From: the human T2T-CHM13v2.0 reference genome, Homo sapiens
DNA: 64,000 nucleotides
Strand: one strand, 5' to 3'
Assembly: GCF_009914755.1 (NCBI RefSeq)
Contig: NC_060928.1
Shown here: one piece after another, positions 53,181 to 64,000 of the stretch
How positions within the stretch are numbered: the first letter of the stretch is position 1
Layout of the letters: each line of letters begins with the position of its first letter
Notes under the pieces: generated by a model
Told to the model about the DNA's origin: nothing
Seen by the model: only the letters and a program-made list of their open reading frames with translations
Databases searched by the model: none
Translations under genes and position numbers: made by a program

Positions 53181-53558
53181 TGGGTCAGCCAGGCAGAGCA
53201 GCAGGCAGGGCAGCTGCAGGCGTGCCCAGGGGCACTGGGTGGCGCTCTGGCCTCACTGCCTCTCCCAGCGAGTGATAGCAGCCCAGCTTGCAGATGGCCT
53301 CCAGCTGAGGCATCCAGCACTTGGGGCGTCACTCAGCTCTGCGGCCTCCGCTGCTTGGGACCAGCCTGCGGCCGACACCACTATCTTCCTACTTTATTGT
53401 TTGACTTAACTACTTAAGCAACAGTGACTGGAGACAAAATATAATAACTTCAAAATATAATAATAAATGTGTATAAAATAAAATGACTTTCTAGGCTTTA
53501 TGGTATAAATGCATCAGGATCTGCCTGCTAATGCAGCTAGACTGTAGTATGTAAGAGG

Positions 53559-53672
53559 AAGAGTGTTCAAAATAAAACTAGAGAGGAGCCTAAATAAAAC
53601 TAGAGAGTTCAAAATAAAACTAGAGAGGAGCCAAAATAAAAAGAGTGTTCAAAATAAAACTAGAGAGGAGCC
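53559..53672. repeat. Short irregular tandem repeat of AAATAAAACTAGAGAG(GAGCC)
   Basis: Seen directly in sequence. Confidence 0.88.
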
Positions 53673-53755
53673 GAGTTACTTGGGAATTTGTAAATACAAC
53701 AGGTATTTCAGGTTCAAGTTCAGGGATGATAGCCTTTCCTTCTTAAGCCTATTCT

Positions 53756-54053
53756 TTTTTTTTTTTTTTTTTTTTTAGACGGAATCTCACTCTGTTGCCC
53801 AGGCTGGAGTGCAGTGGTGAGATCTTGGCTCGCTGCAACCTCTGCCTCCAAGATTCAATTGATTCTCCTGCCTCAGCTTCCTGAGTAGCTGGGATTACAG
53901 GTGCCCTCCATGGATCTCAGATAATTTTTGTACTTTTAGTATAGGGGGGTTTCACCATGTTCGCTAGGCTGGCTTGAACTCCTGATCAAGTGATCCACCT
54001 GTCTGGGCCTCCCCAAGTGCTGGGATTACAGGTGTGAGCCACCACACTGAGCC
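53756..54053 (-). mobile_element. Alu (diverged AluS)
   Basis: Reverse Alu; TSD TTAAGC(C/T)TATTCTTT. Confidence 0.93.
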
Positions 54054-54121
54054 TTAAGCTTATTCTTTCTGTCATCTCTCTCCATACACACTCATGCATA
54101 CACACATCTATATGTCATTCT

Positions 54122-55590
54122 GTTTGTTAAAGCCTTTACTTTCATGGATGAAAATAGAAAAAAATTTGTAGGTACACAAGAGTTATGCAGGAGCAATCAC
54201 ATTTGAAAGTAAAGACAATCTAATCAGACACTGATGACTTAAGTTAAAGATAAACTGTGCTAAGATGTGGCAAGTTAAAGGGAATAGACAACTTATATTT
54301 CTCTCCTTCTTTCCCTGATCCTCTGAAATCCACATTGCCTTATAATCTTTCCCTAGGCCATCCATGCTTCTGAATACTCCCCTTCTTTCATCTCTTCACC
54401 CTTATACACAGTGAACAAAGGCACTCTTGGCATGACCAACTTGCGGTCTAGGCAAGTCCAGGCTTCAGCTATGACTGCAGTATTGCTCCATGAGCACACA
54501 ACTGCATTTACTTTGGCAGTCTCTACTAGAACTGCAGTGGGACACTGATAATTGATTCCAACCTTGAAGCCAGAGAGGCACAGATCTGCAAATTTGTCTT
54601 GATGGTGGCAATGCAGCCTTCATATTTGTGGAAACCATATTACACTGATATAGTAATAATGTATTATTACCATAATACTATACAATAGGTAGTGAGCCAT
54701 ACATTTATCATTTCAAGTGTCACATATCATCTGGTTGGCTAGCTCAGAGCAAGCATTAGTTATCTCTGCTACAGAAAATGTTTGTGGTAGGTTTTCCCAG
54801 CAGAGATAGCTGGATATATACACGGAGGGAAGTAGACATAAAGATAGAGAATAAGTATAAAATTTTGATATATTGACATTCAAGGCACCATGAAATCTGA
54901 GAGAAACAATGATGGAGAATACACACTGGTTGAAAATGTGCTTAAGGTTATTGTGTATTGGGTGCTCAATATTAAGGTTTCTACATAAATATTATAGATG
55001 GCCTCATTATCTAATATGAAGACACAATCAAAGTGCTAAAGAGTTGATGGAATTGAAGACCTCAGCTTCAGCTAAGGAAAGCTAAGGAGCTGGGTAAATG
55101 GAGAATTTTGCTCCTATAATCAACTGATAGAGATTCTATCAACAGAAAGGCAAATAAAAACTGTAGTTACCACCAACCAGCAAAAATTCAAGAAAGCCTG
55201 AAGACCTGTACTTAAGTCAGCTAGCTTCTGAATCCAATCCAACACTTAGTCAATGCTTTCCTTTTCAACGGTGTAGTGACTAGAGGCAAAGCTATTTGAT
55301 GCATCTTCTTTGCTAGTGATCGCTTCCTAAGGCAAACTTCATCACCACGTATTGGCTCTAGGTCCACAAACAATTTTGTGGAGCCATGCTTGACCACAAT
55401 AGTCCCGTTGAAGAAGGTATTAAAGGAGTCATCTTCTCTCAGAATGCTCTTATTGTTTGGCATTGGATTTGGGCTAAATTTTGTATTCCAGGCATTAGAG
55501 CTCCTACCAGTTATTTACATTATTTACAATCTGGATAATACCCTCACTGATGTAATTAGGGATGCTTTAATGCATAGTGGCAGGGATAGG
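54122..55590 (-). pseudogene. Ancient alpha-tubulin (TUBA1B-like) processed pseudogene; CDS remnant 55575-54293
   Basis: MPNNKSILREDDSFNTFF...KLFVDLEP resembles MPSDKTIGGGDDSFNTFF...AVFVDLEP; GFKVGINYQ, IAEAWTCLD and AKSAFVH relics; acidic tail remnant; AGTAAA in the 3'UTR; intronless. Confidence 0.9.
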
Positions 55591-56168
55591 AAGTAAAGAT
55601 GTGAGAGCAAATATTAAGTCCAGGTTATCATCTCCGACTAACTGAGAATCAAAGTATCTATTTTTATGAAGCAGTGAAATGACAGTTTTAGTATGCCAAG
55701 AGGTAAACACTACTCAGAAAAGTTTTCCTACATGTTCTTTATTATCAAATAAAGATAATAATAATAATAATAATAATAATAATTTAAAAATTACCTGCAT
55801 GAATTCTTAGCCCTCTGCTGGTGAGATTCTGTCGTTATTTCTATGTCTTGGGAAATTGAAGATGAAGGAAATAGGTAATAAATAGATTTTACACCATAAA
55901 GTTTTGTGGATAGATCTGATGAATGCTTTAAATGCCAGATGGTCCCATTACTTTTATTACTTCCACTGGACAGAAATGATGGACATTGATGACACCTAAT
56001 TGCAAACTCTATTTAGTTGCTGAAAGTGTGACAGACACCATACACCTTGTTTCTTAATAGATCTCCTTTCTTCTTGCTAACGGGACCCCACTTTTGTTCA
56101 GATATAGTGCTGCCATGAGCTTCATGGCAGGCTGTTTTTCCCTAGCTCTGCACACTGAGTTATGACTG

Positions 56169-56754
56169 TGAAACTGTCCCTATCAACTGCATAAAATTAG
56201 CCAGGGAAGAAGGGAAGGAGAGAAACAAAAACGAACCAAGCTTGTAGCACATTCAGCATTAATCATTAGGTCAGCTTGCTGTCTGACCTGCTTCCTCATG
56301 GTTGTTTCCTGCCTATTGCCCCAGAATCACGTAGACCCTGTCACAAGATTATAGTTCCCCTAGATAACATCTTAAGCATTGTGAAGCTTTTATCCATTTG
56401 AGATATTCTTTCAAGTCCCGCATACCGGTGAAACTACTGATGTGAAACTACTGATGCCAGCAGGTCTGAAGGACCCCATGAGGTGCTGACTCAGCAAAGA
56501 ATGCAGTTTCCACATCCTGATGATTTCATCTCTCTTCTCCTGACCCATCAGCAACCTCAATTTTCCAGCCCCTGGCTGTCCACAACCCCTTAAAAACGTC
56601 AGCCCAGAACTCTCATGGAGATGGATTTGAGGGTTTTTCCCATGTCCTTGCTCAGCTGCCCTGTAATCATTAAACTCTCTGCTGCTAACTCTGCTGTCTC
56701 AGTGTATTGGTCTGTTATTGCATAGCAGGCATATGAACCTGGTGGTCCTGTAAC
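56169..56754 (+). mobile_element. ERV1 LTR (LTR26-like) inserted in an MLT1 LTR (~56030-57175)
   Basis: TGAAACTGTCCCTATCAACTGCATAAAATTAGCCAGGGAAGAAGGG...CATTAAACTCTC...GTCCTGTAACA. Confidence 0.65.
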
Positions 56755-57289
56755 AATTGGTCTAAAATAATCATAATCTCAATCCACTCAAAAGTGGATT
56801 GGCTTAGACATTGACATATGAGACAATTCTGAGTAATAGAATTACTCAGTGAGGGATAGTCTTTCAGATGGGTGACTAAAGAAGATTCTTCCTTTTGATA
56901 AGAACAGACACATTAAGGAAATATTCTTTTTTGTGTCTTTGGGCTTGTTCTATGAGGGAGTGACACTTGCAGCTGTTACAGGTTTCTCCTGAACATTATG
57001 GAGAAGCCTGAGATCAAAAGCTGACAGAGTGAATATGCTGAAGTCCTAAATTCACTGGAGTTCTGAATCAACTCACCCTGGGATTGACTGTTACGTGAAA
57101 TAGTAAATGTCATTTTGCTTAAGTCATTTTTAGTTGTGTTTTCAGTTACTTGTAGCTTAAAGCATTCTAACTGATAAAGGTAGTATTTTTCTCTATTATC
57201 TAATAAAAACATTGAGATAGCAAACGTATCATTTCCACACAAAGATATCACAAAGAATTTTGCAGGGCTTTGCATATTTTATTTCTCTT

Positions 57290-57570
57290 AGTATGTATAT
57301 ATATTTACAAAATTACAAATATGTATAATCTATATGCATTATAAATGATATATAAATTATATTTATAATTATATTACATATAAATTATATGTTATACAGG
57401 TATATGTACTATATATTTTGTGTATGTATTACACATGTATATATGTGTACATATGTCTATACATGTATATATTCATGTGTATATATGTGTATATACAGAT
57501 ACACATATAGCTATTAAATTAAGTATAGATATATCTATAAAATATATATTACATATGCACATATATATTT
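57290..57570. repeat. TA-rich low-complexity repeat
   Basis: Seen directly in sequence. Confidence 0.9.
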
Positions 57571-57739
57571 CCCTGGAGTATAGGGTAGGCCTTGCTGTGT
57601 TATTCTTTAAGAACAATGATGACATTTTATTAATTCTATCTTTTCCTAGGAGAAGGGAAAATGTTACATTGTCAAAGTCCCAAAGCCTTTCAGCCTGAAG
57701 CCAGGAACAATTGTTCAAAGTTTCTTTGGAACATCAAGG

Positions 57740-58680
57740 AAGGAAATCCAGATTTTACTTTAAGTGCAATGGGGAGTCATTAAGGATTTTGTGTAGGTGA
57801 GTTACATTTCGATTATATTTTGAAAAGAGCATTCTAGCTGCATAGTGGAGAATTGGTTATAGGAGAACAAGAGGGAATCGATGAGAAGAATGTGGCTCTA
57901 ATCAGGTGACAGAAGTGATGACAGATTGGACTAGATCAGTAACAATGAAGATATAAATTTGTGAAATGGAGATAGAGATTTGGGAAATATTTTGCAGACT
58001 GAATCAATTAGACTTGTTGACGGGCTGGATATAAGATACCAGTGAAAGATGAATAAAGGATGAATCCCAGGTTTTGGCTTGAAAAAACTGGGCAGTGTTG
58101 ATGCCTTCATTGAGATGGGAAGAATAGATGAGAAAGTGATTTAGGGGAGAGAGAGAGAGTTCATTATAACATCACAGATTTATTTAGTTTAAGATGTCTA
58201 ATGGCTGTGCATTTGGAGAAACCAAGTAGGAATTTGGATCTATGATTCCATAGCACATGAGAGATATCTGAGCTAAATATATAAATTTAATTATATATAT
58301 TTAATTTAATTATATATTTAATATATATATAAATTTATATGTAATATATAATATATAAATATATAAATTTAATTTTATATAATATACAATATATAAATAT
58401 ATAAATTTAATTATATATATATGCATGCACATTTTTGTGCACATACACGTATGTACAAACACACATACATATATAGGATTGGGTGATATTCCCAAGGGGG
58501 AGAGAATGAACAAACAAACCAAGAATCCCTAAATATGAGCCCACATAAATGTTAGGTAGAAGAGGAAAAGGAAAAACACAGAAAAAACTGCTAGTGAGGT
58601 AGGAGGAAAACCAGGAGGAGATGGTTTCACAGAGCTAAGAGTGTCTGTATAGGTTTCACAGAGCTAAGAGTGAACTGATA
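57740..58680 (-). mobile_element. L2 relic with internal TA-rich tract (58275-58475)
   Basis: L2-like AAGGATGAATCCCAGGTTTTGGCTTGA...TTCATTGAGATGGGAAGA. Confidence 0.65.
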
Positions 58681-58977
58681 TAGGAATTTATCACTGTCCA
58701 GTTCCACTCAAGTATTGATACTGGGCTTTCTTTTCCACACCACCACCACTCCTCACGGTATAGACTGATGAAAATAGGGATTTTCACACAGGGTATCATT
58801 CACATGGGGGCTCAACACTGTTTTAGGATGATGACTGTTTTCATGAATGATAAATGGATGATATGCAGGTATCTGAAAATGGAAGGACGTCACTAGACAG
58901 AAGAAAAACAGCAATGGGATATCTTAGTCAGAGATGAGATTTACTTACTTGAAGAGGGAGGGATGGCTTTCAGACAC

Positions 58978-59327
58978 TGTATGGATGGAATACTTGTGTC
59001 TCCCCAGATTAATCTGTTGAAGCCCTAACCTCTAATGTGATGGTATTATAGGAGGTGGGGCCTTTGGGAGGTAGTTTCAGATATGGTTGTGATGGCAGGC
59101 CCCTCATGATGGGATTAGCATCCTTATAAAAAGAGACAAGAGTGTGCTCTCTCTCTCTCTCTCCCCTCCCTTCCCATGTGAAGATACAGCAAAAAGACAA
59201 CAATCTTCAAGCCACAATGGCCCTCACCAGAACCCAGCCATGTGGTCAGCCTGATCTCGGACTTCACAGCCAGCAGAACTGTGAGAATTAAATCTTATGT
59301 TTAAATCACCTAGCCTATGGTATTTTA
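58978..59327 (+). mobile_element. MLT1A/B LTR split by L1PA (remainder ~61217-61255)
   Basis: TGTTGAAGCCCTAACCTCTAATGTGATGG...GGGCCTTTGGGAGGT...CAGAACTGTGAGAATTAAAT. Confidence 0.85.
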
Positions 59328-61216
<1,889 letters not shown>

Positions 61217-61567
61217 AGTCTATGGTATTTTACTATGGAAGCCCACCCTAAGATTTCAATTTAGCTTCCATGTAGTTCCCTGGTGCTTGGCAATCTCCTG
61301 ACTCACTACCTTGTCACATGGTCTATCCCAAGTCAGTCCTTCTCCTCTTCCCATATCCCCCTACTCCAATATTCACCCATATGTGGCCAAGTCTTCCTCC
61401 ACCTGAGCTCCTTGCAGAGGAATGAACAATTGTTTGAACATTAATGAATATTAAAGTAAGTAAAGAAGAGACAAATCTCCACTTGTTTTGATAGTAGGGT
61501 GATCTTTGGTGAGCTTAGGAAAAGTTTCAACCAAGTAGTCATAGCATGATCCAAGTTAACATGCATT

Positions 61568-61930
<363 letters not shown>

Positions 61931-62761
61931 TTAACAACTCTAGAAATTTTCTGTGAAGGTGAGTTTAGAAATGGTAGGACACGAAGCTGAAATTGAATAT
62001 ATGGTTGAAAAGGATTTTTTTGAAGACTTAGGATAAGAAAGCACTGTTACATGCCAGTGAGAATTTGGTAAAAAGGGGGAGATCTATGGTGTAAGAGAGA
62101 GAAAGAGGGAATAGTTGAAGAAATTATGTCCTCAAAGTGTAAGAGGGTATGATAGCTACAGCATAAGTAGAGGGGTTCAGCTTTAAGAGGAGCAGGGACA
62201 AGTCTTCCATCATGATATGAAAATAGAAAAAAATGTAGTTTAAGAAGATTTAAAATTTAGTAGTGGGAATTTGAGATGCTCTCCTCTGATGGATCTGTCA
62301 ATTTTTGCATATTTATTTCTTTGGAATCTGTTTTCTATTGAATTTGAGGGTGCTAATCTGATGATGGTTTTATTTTGTCAATTAGCTGGTCATCAAATAG
62401 TTATCTGATAGCAATGGACTTGGGAAGACTTTGGGGAGTTGGTTTCTGGAACTACATCTATTGGGATAGGCAGCTGTGGTAGAGGAACCAGCTGTTAATA
62501 ATGATAGAAGGTACCTCCTAGGAAGTAGAACACAATTGGCACATTTAGTGATAGATAATGGAAAGTTCAGGAGAGAAACTAGTGATGAAGGAATGGATTA
62601 GAGCATAGCAAGATACATTCTATCAGGTGGGTTGAACATAGTAATTAGCAATCTATAATTAGCAATTTTGGTACATAGACTGGCATATAGTTTGTAGCAG
62701 GAAAGCCTGCCATCAGTTAGCCTGTTCTCCCCAATTAACATTGGTTTAAGAGCACACTTCA

Positions 62762-63068
62762 GGCCAGGCACGGTGGCTCACACCTGTAATGCCAGCACTT
62801 TGGGAGGCCAAAGCTGGTGGAGGTCAAAAGTTTGAGACCATCTTGGACAACATGGTGAAAACCCGTCTCTACTAAAAATACAAAAATTAGCTGGGCTTGG
62901 TGGTGAGCGCCTGTAATTCCAGCTACTAGGGAAGCTGAGGCATGAGAATCACTTGAACCTGGGAGACAGAGGTTGCGGTGAGCCGAGATAGTGGCCATTG
63001 CACTCCTGCCTAGGAGACAAGAGCGAAACTCCATCTCAAAAAAACAAAACAAAACAACAACAAAAAAA
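62762..63068 (+). mobile_element. Alu (AluS)
   Basis: Two arms and an A/CAA tail. Confidence 0.93.
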
Positions 63069-63356
63069 CAGACTTCAGTTCCAAGAATTTTAGAGAGAAG
63101 GCATTAAAGGCATTAGAATGGCAAGAGTAAGGCAGGCCTTATCCTAGCTTTCTGGGGAGATCACTGAGATAGTAAATTCGGCATAGAAAATAAGATGTGA
63201 ATCACTTTACCAGGACTGGCATGTTAATTTGGGAGGTGGTCTTACAAATAATGCAGGGGTTTAGTTCCTACTATAAGGATCCATGTTTTCTGAGGTCTGA
63301 AGTTTTTACATATGGGTAGGCTTTCTATAAGTGGGTATGAAAGGAAATATTTTGCT

Positions 63357-63655
63357 AGACGAGGTGGCCCATGCCTGTAATCCCAGTACTTTGGGAGGCT
63401 GAGGTGGGAGGATCACTTGAGGCCAGGAGTTTTGAGACCAGCCTGGGCAACATAATGAGACCCTTTCTCTACAAGAATAAAAATAAAAAAATTAGCCAGG
63501 CATAGGAGTGCACGCCTGCAGTCCCAGTTACTTAGGAGGCTAAGGCAGAAGGATTGCTTGAGCTCAGGAGTTGGAGGTTGCAGTGAGCTATTATCACACC
63601 TCTCCAACCTGGGTGAAAGAGCGAGACCCTATCTCTGACAACAACAAAAAACTAA
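63357..63655 (+). mobile_element. Alu (AluJ)
   Basis: Diverged two-arm Alu. Confidence 0.9.
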
Positions 63656-64000
63656 AACATTATACTAACGAATACCACAAACATCATTAAATCTATAAAA
63701 AATAATGTAATATTTTCTTATTAACTGCTTGACATAACTCTAAAGTACTTTTTTTCTTCTAAAATATTTTGGCTGCATGCTACTTGATTATATTTTAGTA
63801 TAGCAATATTTTATAATACCATTTTTTATACATTGATAGCTTCGAAAGGTTTCTTTCAGTTTTACAACTATTTATTACTAATGACATCCTAGCATGAAAT
63901 CTGACACATTGCAATGCATAAAAAATATGTATTTGCTGTTTCTAGTACTGCTATGGTTTTGTGCCCTAGAAGCACAGGAATTCTCATAAATTGGATCTTG

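Noticed and set aside
62200-64000. GNRHR exons, expected near this locus from memory
   Set aside because: No GPCR-coding sequence is recognisable in the window; the gene probably lies beyond the right edge

Overview
This is primate, almost certainly human, genomic DNA. I recognise it from memory of the protein as the UBA6 locus on 4q13.2. The left half holds coding exons 1-7 of UBA6 (ubiquitin/FAT10-activating E1) on the minus strand. All have GT-AG junctions and join in frame over 546 nt; the gene continues beyond position 1. A CpG-island bidirectional promoter at about 30.3 kb also drives a divergent + strand lncRNA (UBA6-DT/UBA6-AS1). The right half is dense in retroposed material: a ~6.9 kb near-complete ST3GAL1 processed pseudogene, an old DNAAF5/HEATR2 retrocopy with a second unidentified 3'UTR retrocopy nested inside it, a decayed alpha-tubulin retrocopy, a stack of ERV LTRs and a twin-primed L1PA. 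The best leads are: (i) a MER41 LTR with two intact STAT1 GAS sites ~21 kb upstream of UBA6; (ii) a predicted spliced 101-aa ORF in UBA6-DT whose second exon is antisense DNAAF5 retrocopy; (iii) a ~460-bp direct duplication flanking the in-frame exon 2, with asymmetric CpG decay; (iv) a duplicated exon-5 splice donor with a templated spacer. Repeat subfamily names and parent genes are recalled from memory, not from database searches, and repeat edges are approximate.
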